Assembly (NCBI GenBank): GCA_963782475.1
Contig: CAWAJW010000018.1
Location: 10,697 to 74,696 of the forward strand
Length of the DNA stretch: 64,000 bases
Direction of reading: 5' to 3'
Source of the DNA: an uncultured Bacteroidota bacterium
GTDB taxonomy: Bacteria > Bacteroidota > Ignavibacteria > Ignavibacteriales > Ignavibacteriaceae
The notes under the pieces are model-generated. The model was not told the origin of the DNA and made no database searches. It was given only the letters and a program-made list of their open reading frames with translations. Below, piece after piece: positions 1 through 10,459 of this stretch (position 1 is the first letter of the stretch; each line of letters starts with the position of its first letter). A program made the position numbers and the translations under genes.

Positions 1-426
1 GAAATAGAAATAAGAAATTCATTTGAAAAGAATAATATTTTCCTGGAAAATTTCCTGATTCAGCCATATATAGAGACAAAGCATGAAATTCTTTTGGGTG
101 GGTTTAGAGATAAATCTTTTGGACCAATGATAATGTTTGGTACCGGTGGAAAATATGTTGAAATTTATAACGATATATCGATGAAATCAGTTTACTTAAC
201 CGAACGGGATGTTGAAGAGTTAATCTTTAATACAAAGATCGGAAAAATATTAAAAGGAGTGAGAGGAGAAGAGCCTTTCAATATGGAGGAAATAAAAAAA
301 TTAATTGTATCTTCAGCTCAAATGATGATCGATTTCCCTGGAATAAAAGAATTCGATTTTAATCCTTTGATAGCTACACCAAACCGGAATATTTACGCTG
401 TAGATATAAGGATTAGATACGGATGA
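1..426 (+). CDS. ADP-forming acetate/acyl-CoA ligase family protein, C-terminal ATP-grasp part (5' end outside window)
   Basis: Frame 1 is open from base 1 into ORF 94..426. The translation (ENFLIQPYIETKHEILLGGFRDKSFGPMIMFGTGGKYVE...FDFNPLIA) resembles the C-terminal ATP-grasp region of ADP-forming acetyl-CoA synthetase-like proteins. Confidence 0.55.
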   Translation, partial: EIEIRNSFEKNNIFLENFLIQPYIETKHEILLGGFRDKSFGPMIMFGTGGKYVEIYNDISMKSVYLTERDVEELIFNTKIGKILKGVRGEEPFNMEEIKKLIVSSAQMMIDFPGIKEFDFNPLIATPNRNIYAVDIRIRYG

Positions 427-506
427 CTATTTAATCTATTAAGGTTTTAATAAAAATAATAGAATTAAAAGTTAATTTCCACCATTATTTAAAAGGTAAA
501 ATAGCT

Positions 507-1862
507 ATGAGAGATCTACTGAAAGATACCGCACTAAGGGGGATAAAATACCGGGAAGAAATCCTAAAACGTTCTGTCACTCCTACACCAGAATCGATAG
601 AACGATTAAAAGAATTTGACATATCATTTCCTGACAATCCTGTAAACCCCGGTAAGGTGATTGAAATGCTTGATGAAATAGGATCTCCTGCAACAGTGGG
701 TATTTCAGGCGGAAGGTTTTTCGGCTTTGTAATCGGAGGTTCGCTTCCAGCTTCGGTTGCCGCTGGCTGGCTGTCAACTGCATGGGATCAAAACGCAGGA
801 CTCTTTGCAGGTTCTCCCGTAGGAGTTGTCCTGGAAGAAGTTTGCCTGAAATGGCTTCTTGAAATATTTGGTTTACCTTCTGAAAGCGGCGGTGCGTTTG
901 TCACCGGAGCAACTATGGCTAATTTCACTTCACTTGCAACCGCAAGACACTCCATATTAAAAAACGCCGGATGGGATGTTGAGGCTGAAGGATTGTTTAA
1001 TGCACCTCCGGTAAACGTTATTGTAAGCGAAGAAGCCCACCCTACATTATTTAGAGGGCTTGGATTGTTAGGTTTAGGAAGGGAAAGGGTAATCAGGGTA
1101 CCCACCGATAATCAAGGAAGCATGGATTTGAAAAAGTTTCCCAAAATTATTGGACCCGCCATTGTTTGTACTCAGGCGGGAAATGTTAATACCGGGTCTT
1201 TTGATCCTATAAAAGAAATTTGCGGAATCGCCCATGAATCGAATGCATGGGTACACGTAGATGGCGCCTTCGGTTTATGGGCTTCTGCTGCTCCATCAAA
1301 AAGATATTTAACTGAGGGAATCAATCTTGCTGATTCCTGGGCAACCGATGCGCATAAATGGCTCAATGTACCTTACGATTCCGGTTTGGCATTTGTTAGA
1401 GATCACGAATCACTCAGATCAGCAATGTCATTAACAGCAGCCTATTTACCCCAGGGAGAGCACCGTGAACCTTCCCAATTTTGTCCCGAGTTATCGAGAC
1501 GTTCACGTGGAATTGAAGTCTGGGCGGCTTTATATTCTCTCGGACGTTCAGGTTTAGCCGGATTAGTTGAAAGAACCTGCAATTATGCTGATATATTTGC
1601 CGAAGGTTTAAAAGCATCCGGCTTTGAAATACTAAATGAAGTAGTAATAAACCAGGTGCTGGTTTCTTTCGGCAGTCCTGATGAAACAAAATTAATAATT
1701 AACAAAATTCAAAATGACGGCACCTGCTGGTGCGGCGGAACTGTTTGGCAGGGGAAAACGGCAATGAGAATAAGCATTTGCTCATGGGCAACTACAGATG
1801 AGGACGTTAAGAAATCATTAGATACAATGATAAGAATAGCAAGAAAAGTAAAAATCGGCTAA
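507..1862 (+). CDS. PLP-dependent (group II) amino-acid decarboxylase family protein
   Basis: 451-aa ORF. It has the DAHKWLNVPYDSG motif (PLP-lysine context of group II decarboxylases) and TGATMANF/SEEAHPT segments typical of the fold-type I decarboxylase family. Substrate unknown. Confidence 0.8.
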   Translation: MRDLLKDTALRGIKYREEILKRSVTPTPESIERLKEFDISFPDNPVNPGKVIEMLDEIGSPATVGISGGRFFGFVIGGSLPASVAAGWLSTAWDQNAGLFAGSPVGVVLEEVCLKWLLEIFGLPSESGGAFVTGATMANFTSLATARHSILKNAGWDVEAEGLFNAPPVNVIVSEEAHPTLFRGLGLLGLGRERVIRVPTDNQGSMDLKKFPKIIGPAIVCTQAGNVNTGSFDPIKEICGIAHESNAWVHVDGAFGLWASAAPSKRYLTEGINLADSWATDAHKWLNVPYDSGLAFVRDHESLRSAMSLTAAYLPQGEHREPSQFCPELSRRSRGIEVWAALYSLGRSGLAGLVERTCNYADIFAEGLKASGFEILNEVVINQVLVSFGSPDETKLIINKIQNDGTCWCGGTVWQGKTAMRISICSWATTDEDVKKSLDTMIRIARKVKIG

Positions 1863-1863
1863 A

Positions 1864-3174
1864 TTAAATATCATTCAATATTTTTTTAATCAGCTTCGGC
1901 CTTCTGACTTTCCGATCTGAAAATAGAAGTGAGCCGCTGATTTTAACTTCGGCTTCTTTTATTCTTTCTTTTGATGAAGAATGGAGTTCGGCAATTAGAT
2001 CTCCTCTGTTTATTTTGTCTCCTATTTTGGGATAAAAAATAATCCCGGCTTTATAATCAATTTTATCATTTATCTTTGCTCTTCCGGCACCAAGAAGCAC
2101 CGAAGCCATTCCTATTTCATAATTATTGATCTGTTTTAAATATCCTTCTTCCTTTGCTTTTATTTCCCGGATGAATTTAGCCCCCGGATGTTTGTCCATA
2201 TTAATAATATAAGCCGTATCTCCATTTTGGAGCCTAACGATTTCAAGGAATTTTTCAAATGCTTTACCGTTAGAGATTAATTCCCGGGCAATAATAGTTC
2301 CTTCTTTAATCGACGGCGCTTTATTTCCAAGATAAATCATTGCTCCAGCTAAAACCAGACTGAGCTGAAGCAGATCTCCTTTCATTTCACCTTTTAAAAC
2401 TTTAATTGATTCATAAACCTCCAGCCAGTTGCCGATATAATTACCTAACGGCTGGTTCATATCTGTTATAAATGCTACAACTTTTTTATTGAAAGACTTT
2501 GCAGTATTAATTAAAGAATCCGCTAACATTACCGCATCATTCATTTTCTGCATAAAGGCGCCGCTGCCGGTTTTTACATCAAGAACGAGCCCGTCAATAC
2601 CTTCGGCAATTTTTTTGCTCATTATACTGGCGGTAATTAAAGGGATCGATTCAACAGTTGCCGTAACATCTCTTAAAGAATAAATTAATTTATCCGCAGG
2701 GGCAATATCCTTGGTCTGCCCTATCAAAACCGCTCCGGCTTTTTTAAGGATCGATTTATATTCGGACAAATTTAAATTGATATTGAAGCCGGGAATTGAT
2801 TCGAGCTTGTCGAGAGTTCCGCCGGTATGGCCGAGCCCACGCCCCGAAATCATCGGGACATTTATTCCTGCAGCTGCTGCAACCGGCGCTATAATTAAAG
2901 AAGTTTTATCGCCTACTCCCCCGGTGGAATGTTTATCAATTTTAGCTCCTTGAATTGAATTAAGATTTACTGTTATGCCGCTATTTATCATAGATTCAGT
3001 TAGCACCGAAGTCTCTTCCTCATTCAAACCCTTAAGAAAAACTGCCATTAGAAAAGCAGAAAATTGATAATCGGGAATTTTATTCTTTGTATAAGCAGAA
3101 ATGAGGTGGTTTATTTCCTGGCGGGTCAATTGGGTCCCGTTTCTTTTCTTTCTTATTAATTCTACAATATTCAT
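1864..3174 (-). CDS. deoA: thymidine / pyrimidine-nucleoside phosphorylase
   Basis: 436-aa ORF with KHSTGGVGDKTSL and GRGLGHTGGTLDKLESIPG signature segments. Length is typical of the family. Confidence 0.9.
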   Translation of the reverse strand: MNIVELIRKKRNGTQLTRQEINHLISAYTKNKIPDYQFSAFLMAVFLKGLNEEETSVLTESMINSGITVNLNSIQGAKIDKHSTGGVGDKTSLIIAPVAAAAGINVPMISGRGLGHTGGTLDKLESIPGFNINLNLSEYKSILKKAGAVLIGQTKDIAPADKLIYSLRDVTATVESIPLITASIMSKKIAEGIDGLVLDVKTGSGAFMQKMNDAVMLADSLINTAKSFNKKVVAFITDMNQPLGNYIGNWLEVYESIKVLKGEMKGDLLQLSLVLAGAMIYLGNKAPSIKEGTIIARELISNGKAFEKFLEIVRLQNGDTAYIINMDKHPGAKFIREIKAKEEGYLKQINNYEIGMASVLLGAGRAKINDKIDYKAGIIFYPKIGDKINRGDLIAELHSSSKERIKEAEVKISGSLLFSDRKVRRPKLIKKILNDI

Positions 3175-3233
3175 AGAATTAATTTACAAATATTTATGAA
3201 CATTCAGGGAAAAGTAATTGTAAGATATTCCTG

Positions 3234-3298
3234 TTAAAAAAAATGTCTTAAAAATCAAAGAAAAAAGTCCTTCTTCTTTCTCAATCTTTAAGACATTT
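3234..3298 (-). terminator. rho-independent terminator-like hairpin downstream of the 3324..3770 gene
   Basis: Perfect 12-bp arms, aaatgtcttaaa (3241-3252) and tttaagacattt (3287-3298). On the minus strand the hairpin is followed by a T7 run (3234-3240). The loop is long (34 nt). Confidence 0.55.
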
Positions 3299-3323
3299 TA
3301 TAAACTTAATAAGAGGATTAAGA

Positions 3324-3770
3324 TTAATAACCTTTGCTTTTTGTAGTGTCTCTCATTTTATTCGATTTTTTCTTCCAGCTTTTATGGGTTTTTGATTTAG
3401 TTGTATCCCACATACTTTTTTTCTTTCCCATTTTATGTTTAGTACTATCCATCATCATGTTGTTTGAGCTCATCATTTGGTTATTCGATGATTTCATATT
3501 CTCATTTGAGCTTGATTCCCCTGTATTGTTTTGATCATGAAATTTGCCTTTATAGCTTTCATCTTTACTCTTATCTGTAATTATATTTTTTTCAGCATAT
3601 TTATAGTATGCCATAGAGTTGGCATAATTAGTATCGGATTGAGCTGTATTTTCATTTTTCATATTCTTATGATTCCTCTGGTTTTGCTGGTTATTTTGAG
3701 CAAAAGAATAGGCGCTCACCATTAGAAAAGATATTGCAAACATTGATATAAAATTCAGAATCTTTTTCAT
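3324..3770 (-). CDS. small secreted low-complexity (Asn/Met/Lys/Ser-rich) protein, function unknown
   Basis: ORF 3324..3797. The likely start is the internal MKKILNFISMFAISFLMVSAYSFAQ (signal-peptide-like) at 3770. The mature part is rich in N, M, K, S and H, with a repeated DTTKSK. Confidence 0.5.
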   Translation of the reverse strand: MKKILNFISMFAISFLMVSAYSFAQNNQQNQRNHKNMKNENTAQSDTNYANSMAYYKYAEKNIITDKSKDESYKGKFHDQNNTGESSSNENMKSSNNQMMSSNNMMMDSTKHKMGKKKSMWDTTKSKTHKSWKKKSNKMRDTTKSKGY

Positions 3771-4013
3771 ATGTAATCTCCTTATTAAAAATTGCAAATT
3801 TATTTTAACTACACCGATAATATGTTAATGCTAGAGATTAATTTCTGTGAGCAATGGATAAAATAAAATTTCTAATGTTTATTATCACAAAACAATTTTA
3901 ACGTTATATCCGAAATCACTGTTTTGAGGAAATTAAAAGCATTTGTTTACCCTTTTTTAATTAATTATTTTTATAAGCTAAATTTTTCTCATTTTCGGAG
4001 TAATTTTTACCAA

Positions 4014-5792
4014 ATGGAATTCAAAATAAGAACTCATACTTGCGGAGAGCTAAGACAATCTAATATCGGCGAAAATGTCGTTTTAAATGGATGGGTTGAT
4101 ACAAGACGTGATTTAGGAGGCTTAATCTTTATCGATTTACGTGATCGTTATGGAATTACGCAAATTGTTTTTGAACCTAGCTTTAATGAAAAAGCTCACC
4201 GGGAAGCCGGGAACTTAAGAAATGAATATGTTATTTCTATTGAAGGCATAGTAAGAAAAAGACCGCCCGAAACAGATAATTCCGACATAGCCACCGGTCA
4301 TATAGATGTAATGGCAAATAAGCTGGTTATTTTAAATGAAGCAAAAACTCCGCCGTTTCCTATTAAAGATAAAATTGAAACAAGTGAGGATATAAGATTA
4401 AAATACCGTTACCTTGATTTAAGAAGAAATGCTGTACAGAAAAATCTTCTTTTACGTCATAAAATGTATCAGTTAACGCGCCTTTATTTTGATCGCAAAA
4501 ATTTTGTTGAGGTTGAAACACCGGTTCTTATGAAAAGTACCCCGGAAGGAGCAAGAGATTACCTTGTTCCAAGCAGAATTCATAAAGGAAAATTTTACGC
4601 TTTGCCCCAATCTCCCCAAACCTATAAGCAAATTCTGATGGTCTCCGGTCTGGACAGATACTTCCAGATAGTTAAATGCTTCAGAGATGAAGATCTGCGT
4701 GCAGACAGGCAGCCCGAATTTACCCAGATAGATGTTGAAATGTCCTTTATTGACCAGGAAGATATTTTTGAAGTAGTTGAAGGATTAATGAAAATTTTTT
4801 TCAAAGAGATTTGGGGAAAAGAATTAAAGCTTCCGCTTCCCAGGTTATCGTTTGATGAAGCTATGGAAAAATATGGAATTGATAAGCCTGACCTGCGGTT
4901 TGCTCTCGGTATGATTACTTTGAACGATATATTTGCTAATACCGGATTTAAGGTTTTTAAAGAACAAATAGAAAATAAAGGAATAATATCAGGATTGGTT
5001 GCCCCCGGATGCGGCGAATATACAAGAAACCAGCTTGATGTTTTAACAGATTTTGTTAAGAAACTGGGTGCCGGCGGGTTGATCTGGATGCGTGTTAAAG
5101 AATCTGGCTCAGGAACCGAGCTCGAAGCTCCGGTTGCTAAGTTTTTATCTCCAGAAGAGAAGAAGAATTTAATTGAAAAATTAAATGCTAAACCGGGAGA
5201 TTTAATTTTTATTCTCTCGGGGCAAAAGTTAAAAGCATTATCAATTATGGGACAGCTGAGGCTGGAAATGGCCCGGAGATTAGATCTAATAAAAAAAGAT
5301 TCAATCCCCCAATTATTATGGGTTACAGATTTTCCTCTTTTTGAATGGGATGAAGAGACAAAACGCTTCTATGCAATGCATCATCCTTTTACTTCTCCAA
5401 GGCTTGAAGACGTTCAATACATGGAATCTGATCCTTCCAGAGTCCGTGCCCGCGCTTATGATCTAGTTTTAAACGGAAGTGAAGTTGCCGGCGGAAGCAT
5501 TAGAATTCATAATGCTGAATTACAGGCAAAAATGTTTAAAGCGCTGGGTATTTCCGATGAAGAAGCGGAATATAAATTTGGATTTTTAATGAATGCTTTT
5601 AAATATGGCGCTCCTCCCCACGGGGGTATTGCTTTTGGATTCGATAGAATGGCAATGATTTTTGCAGGTGAAAACTCGATTCGTGATGTGATTGCATTTC
5701 CAAAGACAGCCAGCGGTGTTTCCTTAATGGATGATGCACCCTCTACTGTCAGCGAAGAACAGCTAAGAGAGCTGCATATCAAAATTAGGTAA
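4014..5792 (+). CDS. aspS: aspartate--tRNA ligase
   Basis: Class II aaRS motifs are present: FRDEDLRADRQPEFTQID, GGSIRIH, GFDRMAM. The ATG at 4014 (MEFKIRTHTCGELR) matches the usual AspRS N-terminus. The ORF-track start at 3924 is an upstream TTG and seems unlikely. Confidence 0.93.
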   Translation: MEFKIRTHTCGELRQSNIGENVVLNGWVDTRRDLGGLIFIDLRDRYGITQIVFEPSFNEKAHREAGNLRNEYVISIEGIVRKRPPETDNSDIATGHIDVMANKLVILNEAKTPPFPIKDKIETSEDIRLKYRYLDLRRNAVQKNLLLRHKMYQLTRLYFDRKNFVEVETPVLMKSTPEGARDYLVPSRIHKGKFYALPQSPQTYKQILMVSGLDRYFQIVKCFRDEDLRADRQPEFTQIDVEMSFIDQEDIFEVVEGLMKIFFKEIWGKELKLPLPRLSFDEAMEKYGIDKPDLRFALGMITLNDIFANTGFKVFKEQIENKGIISGLVAPGCGEYTRNQLDVLTDFVKKLGAGGLIWMRVKESGSGTELEAPVAKFLSPEEKKNLIEKLNAKPGDLIFILSGQKLKALSIMGQLRLEMARRLDLIKKDSIPQLLWVTDFPLFEWDEETKRFYAMHHPFTSPRLEDVQYMESDPSRVRARAYDLVLNGSEVAGGSIRIHNAELQAKMFKALGISDEEAEYKFGFLMNAFKYGAPPHGGIAFGFDRMAMIFAGENSIRDVIAFPKTASGVSLMDDAPSTVSEEQLRELHIKIR

Positions 5793-5900
5793 ACGGCAAA
5801 GTTCAGGTTCAAATTCAGGAGTAAGTGCAGCAATCCGGTTCAAAGTTTTATACCGTATCCTTTTAAAAGCTTTATGATTGAATGAATATTTAATGTTAAA

Positions 5901-6641
5901 ATGAAAACTGTTTACTTCCGATTCTACGAAGAATTAAATGACTTCCTGCCCCAAGAAAAAAGAAAGACCCGGTTCGAGCATAAGTATTTAAGCCACACTT
6001 CAATAAAAGATCTTGTTGAATCTTTGGGAGTTCCCCATTCTGAGGTAGATTTAATTTTAGTCAATGGAAATTCAGTTGATTTCTCCTATATGGTAAATGA
6101 TAAAGATGATATAAGCGTCTACCCTGTTTTTGAATCTTTTGACATCTCCGGCATTCAGCATTTAAGAGCAGAACCATTGCGAAACCCAAAATTTATACTG
6201 GATGTTCATCTCGGAAAATTAGCAAGGTATTTGCGGATGACCGGCTTCGATACTCAATATAAAAATGATTATAAAGATGATGAGATTGTAAATATTTCTT
6301 TATTTGAAAAAAGGACAATCTTAACAAGGGATAGAGGAATTCTGAAAAGAAACAAAGTAACTCACGGCTACTGGATTAGAAATCAAAAACCTGAATTACA
6401 ATTGAAGGAAGTGACGGAGAGATTCAATTTAATAAATCAAATGCATGAATTTGAGAGATGCCTGGAATGCAATACTAAGCTGGAAAAAATCGATAATGAA
6501 AGTATTCTCGGAAGAATTCCTTTGAAAGTAAAGAAGATACAGACAAATTTTTGGTACTGTACTAATTGTGATAAGATTTACTGGCAGGGAACTCATTTTG
6601 AAAAAATGAAAAAGATCATTAGTAGATTACTCCCTGAATAA
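5901..6641 (+). CDS. Mut7-C (PIN-like) RNase domain protein with N-terminal ubiquitin-like domain and C-terminal zinc ribbon
   Basis: DVHLGKLARYLRMTGFDT and ILTRD segments are typical of the Mut7-C/DUF82 domain. CLECN...CTNCDKIYWQGTH is the zinc ribbon. The first ~80 aa resemble the Ub-Mut7C domain. Confidence 0.75.
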   Translation: MKTVYFRFYEELNDFLPQEKRKTRFEHKYLSHTSIKDLVESLGVPHSEVDLILVNGNSVDFSYMVNDKDDISVYPVFESFDISGIQHLRAEPLRNPKFILDVHLGKLARYLRMTGFDTQYKNDYKDDEIVNISLFEKRTILTRDRGILKRNKVTHGYWIRNQKPELQLKEVTERFNLINQMHEFERCLECNTKLEKIDNESILGRIPLKVKKIQTNFWYCTNCDKIYWQGTHFEKMKKIISRLLPE

Positions 6642-6709
6642 CTCTTCTATTGAAGAGAAGCTTTATTTAAATAAATAACTTTAAATTATTTTTCATCACC
6701 ATATACTGA

Positions 6710-7955
6710 ATGCGAAACATAATCCTCATTTTTGCAGCTTCCATATTAATATTCATAGTTGAATACTATTTCACGAAAAAGATTTTAAAAACAGTTAAAA
6801 ATGTTTTCCCAAAAATTCCACCACATAAAAGAAACACAACTTTAGCAATATTCCTTATATGGATTAATTTATATCCTTTGTTTTTAATTTTTAACTGGAG
6901 TTATGCCGCTATTTCAAATACTTATGTTTGGGTCCCGCAAAATTTCTTTTTCGATTATTTCTTAATATACCCTTTCTGGACCGGTTTATTTATAGTCGTA
7001 AATTCCGACTTATTTTTTTTGATAATAGATGTTCTTAAAATTTTCACATTTCCTGTATGGAAAAAACATAAACAAAAACTATTGTCGCTGGAAACAAAAG
7101 CAATATTATTTGTTACTGCTTTTTTTCTGCTTTATGTTCCGATTAGAATAATCCATGATGAGTATTCTGTTTCGATAAGAATAATAGAATACAAAAAAAA
7201 AGATTTGCCGGAAGCCTTAAATAATTTTAGATTAACGTTTATATCCGATATTCAGGCCGATAGATACACGAATAAAGCCAGGCTCACAAAATATATCGAT
7301 AAAGTGAATTCAACACATCCAGACCTTGTTTTAATAGGCGGCGATGTTATTACTTCTACGCCGGATTATATTGATGAAGCAGCAGAATACATAGGCAAAA
7401 TTAAATCAAAGTTTGGAATTTATTCATGTGTCGGCGACCATGATAATTGGGCATATCATAATAATTATTCAAGAAGCTTAAATGAAGTGGAATCGGCTCT
7501 AAAATACCATGGAATAGAAATGGTAAATGACGGGAAAAGAATATATAAATGTTGATAGCGCCAAAATAGAAATCACTTTTGTTACAAATACTTATGTTGA
7601 AAGGATCCCGGCTGATAAATTGGACAGCCTGGCAAAGTTAAATAATAATTATAGTTTAAAAATTCTTCTCGCCCATCAGCCGAGAGGTTTTATAGCAGAC
7701 GCCGCTTTAAAATATAACTATGATCTTTACCTTGCAGGACATACTCACGGAGGGCAAATTACTTTTCTTTTCCCATTTAAAAATTTAACCCCTACCTTGC
7801 TTGAAGGTCCTTATGTTAGAGGAGATTTCCATTTTACTAATGAGAAGGGGAATAAGCTATTAATGGTTGTAACCAGGGGATTGGGTATGTCGATAGCTCC
7901 TGTAAGATATAATTCTACACCGGAAATTACTGTAATTATAATGGAAAAAGGGTGA
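6710..7955 (+). CDS. membrane-anchored metallophosphoesterase (YkuE-like), interrupted by one frameshift as assembled
   Basis: Two overlapping ORFs (6710..7555 and 7527..7955) together carry the calcineurin-like motifs ISDIQAD, GGDVI, GDHDNW (first ORF) and GHTHGGQ (second ORF). The N-terminus has several hydrophobic helices. The frames join around 7531-7540 (cgggaaaag). Confidence 0.8.
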
Positions 7956-8098
7956 TACAATTATGCTGAATGTTTTCGGAGATTAAAATATTATATATTA
8001 ATTCCTAAACATCTTCGAAACTGAAGTAACTGTTTTTATTATAAATAAATATCCAATTAAACATTGTAAAAAATTTTAAAGAAACTCGAGAGCATAAA

Positions 8099-9391
8099 AT
8101 GGTAACCACAATAAGTGAACAATTGTTCAATGAAGCAAAAAAATATATACCGGGAGGTGTAAATTCTCCTGTTAGAGCTTTTAAATCAGTCGGCGGAAAC
8201 CCTTTGTTTATAAAAAAAGGAGATGGTTCAAAAATATTTGATGTCGATGGAAATGAATTTATTGACTATATCGGGAGCTGGGGACCACATTTATTCGGCC
8301 ATAACCCGGATTTCATTAAAGAGGCGTTGCTCAAAGCAATTGAAAACGGGACCAGCTTTGGAGCTCCTTCGGAGCTTGAAGTTAATACGGCTAAATTGAT
8401 CACGGAATTGGTACCTTCTATTGAATTAGTTAGAATGGTGAACAGCGGAACAGAAGCAACAATGAGTGCCGTAAGGGCAGCCCGCGGTTATACAGGCAAA
8501 GAGAAAATTATAAAGTTTGAAGGATGCTATCACGGGCATGCAGATTTCTTTTTAATTAAAGCCGGTTCCGGAGCATTAACTCTTGGAATACCGACCAGCC
8601 CCGGTGTTACAAAAGGAAATGCAGCAGATACTCTGATTGCAGATTATAATGATATTGAATCGGTAAAAAAATTAATAAAAGCAAATAGAAATCTTATTGC
8701 AGCAATTATCATTGAACCAGTTGCCGGAAATATGGGGGTTGTTAAAGCATCAAAAAGATTCTTAAACGAATTAAGAATTATCTGCAGCGAAGAAAAAGTA
8801 GTTTTGATCTTCGACGAAGTTATGAGCGGTTTTAGAGTTGCAAAAGGAGGAGCCCAGGAATTGTTCCGCATAAAGCCTGATTTATCAACTTTCGGAAAGA
8901 TTATCGGCGGAGGCCTACCGGTCGGTGCTTTCGGAGGCAAAAAAGAAATAATGGAAATGATAGCACCAAGCGGGCCGGTTTACCAGGCAGGAACTTTAAG
9001 CGGAAATCCTTTAGCCATGGCCGCAGGTTATGCTGCATTAAATTATATAAAGAATAGCCCTGATCTTTATATAAAACTTGAGGAAAAATCTTCTTACCTT
9101 GAAAACGGATTAAAAGATAACCTAAAATCTTTAGGCAAAAATTTTATTATAAACAGGGTTGGCTCAATGCTTACTTTGTTCTTTATTGAAGAAGCGGTTA
9201 ATGATTTTAAAACTGCGGTAAAATCAAAAACCGATCTATTTGGAAAATATTTTAATGAAATGCTGAAGAGAGGAATTTATTTACCCCCCTCGCAGTTTGA
9301 AGCATTGTTTATATCAACTGCACATTCAAAAGAAGACCTGGATAAAACTATTGAAGCAAATTTAGAATCATTAAAAATGACTATTAAATAA
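8099..9391 (+). CDS. hemL: glutamate-1-semialdehyde 2,1-aminomutase
   Basis: 430 aa. Contains [36 protein letters not shown] (PLP lysine) and [13 protein letters not shown]. Confidence 0.93.
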   Translation: MVTTISEQLFNEAKKYIPGGVNSPVRAFKSVGGNPLFIKKGDGSKIFDVDGNEFIDYIGSWGPHLFGHNPDFIKEALLKAIENGTSFGAPSELEVNTAKLITELVPSIELVRMVNSGTEATMSAVRAARGYTGKEKIIKFEGCYHGHADFFLIKAGSGALTLGIPTSPGVTKGNAADTLIADYNDIESVKKLIKANRNLIAAIIIEPVAGNMGVVKASKRFLNELRIICSEEKVVLIFDEVMSGFRVAKGGAQELFRIKPDLSTFGKIIGGGLPVGAFGGKKEIMEMIAPSGPVYQAGTLSGNPLAMAAGYAALNYIKNSPDLYIKLEEKSSYLENGLKDNLKSLGKNFIINRVGSMLTLFFIEEAVNDFKTAVKSKTDLFGKYFNEMLKRGIYLPPSQFEALFISTAHSKEDLDKTIEANLESLKMTIK

Positions 9392-9392
9392 A

Positions 9393-9417
9393 AAGGCGAA
9401 AGGGATGCTTTCGCCTT
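9393..9417. terminator. hairpin between convergent hemL and OMP genes
   Basis: Perfect 10-bp stem, aaggcgaaag (9393-9402) / ctttcgcctt (9408-9417), with a 5-nt loop. A T-rich tract follows it on the minus strand; the tract on the plus strand is weaker. Confidence 0.7.
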
Positions 9418-9445
9418 ATAAATATAGGTTATGCAAATAAATTCT

Positions 9446-10129
9446 TTATAGTCCGAACATTACACCGGCGGCTATCTGGAAACCTTTGGTTTTCACCTTT
9501 TGATTACTTCCGGACTGCTGCTGACCTTTATCGCTCAAAACATTCGATAATCCCAAAGCATACCTGGCATCTACAATCAAAGAAATAAGCGGAGCCACAT
9601 TAAAACCTACCCCTGCGCCAAGATCTAATCCAAAATTGGTAGAAGAAGTAAAATCCTTTTGGTCACTATCGCTTGAAGGATATCCATTAGGTTCATCGGT
9701 TTCATTAGCTGATAACAAAAAAGCTATGTCAGGCCCTGCATAAACATAAGGAGAAACTCCTCCCGGAGTTGGAATTTTTAACTTCAATAAGATTGGAATT
9801 TCCAAATAAGAGACTTTGTTTGTAATCTTCCCGCTAACACTTTGCCCGAATTGATCCTGAAATAACGGGCCGCTAATTTCCGAACCGTTTTGAATATAGC
9901 CCGGCTCAATTTGTAACGCCAACATAGGAATAAAGCCTAATTCAACAATTGCATTAAAAACTAAACCGGTGTGGCCTGACTTACTAAGAAACGAAGGTAA
10001 ATCCGGATCATATGAGGCGCTTCCAAAATTCACACCTACTTTCGCACCTAATTTAAATGGTAATTGAGCAAAAACGGTAGAACTAAAAAACAAAAGTAGA
10101 ACAATTGCCGGTAACAATGCTTTCTTCAT
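9446..10129 (-). CDS. outer-membrane beta-barrel (porin-family / OmpA-like barrel) protein
   Basis: Signal peptide MKKALLPAIVLLLFFSSTVFAQ. The sequence shows an alternating hydrophobic beta-strand pattern, is Gly/aromatic-rich, and is 227 aa long. Confidence 0.7.
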   Translation of the reverse strand: MKKALLPAIVLLLFFSSTVFAQLPFKLGAKVGVNFGSASYDPDLPSFLSKSGHTGLVFNAIVELGFIPMLALQIEPGYIQNGSEISGPLFQDQFGQSVSGKITNKVSYLEIPILLKLKIPTPGGVSPYVYAGPDIAFLLSANETDEPNGYPSSDSDQKDFTSSTNFGLDLGAGVGFNVAPLISLIVDARYALGLSNVLSDKGQQQSGSNQKVKTKGFQIAAGVMFGL

Positions 10130-10459
10130 TAGGCTTCTCCTTTTTAGTTTTTAATTAGATAATTATTTGAAACGGAAAAATAATAAAGAATCTTTACCTG
10201 TTTAAAAATTTTCTGCGGGGACAAATCCATATGAAATGAATATTTGTTTGGCGAAAAATAGTTATGTAGACATAATTTGTCAACCTGGATAAGCTCCATT
10301 GAAATATAAAATTCGTCTGTAACTTAAATAATAATTTAGTTAATAAGGCAACATTTACTTTTTTGAAAACCTTTTGCGCATATGACTATAGTTTAAATGC
10401 TGATTTTGCAATCCTGTAATTTATATTTGAACACTGCTTTATGCAGAGAGATAAAAAAT

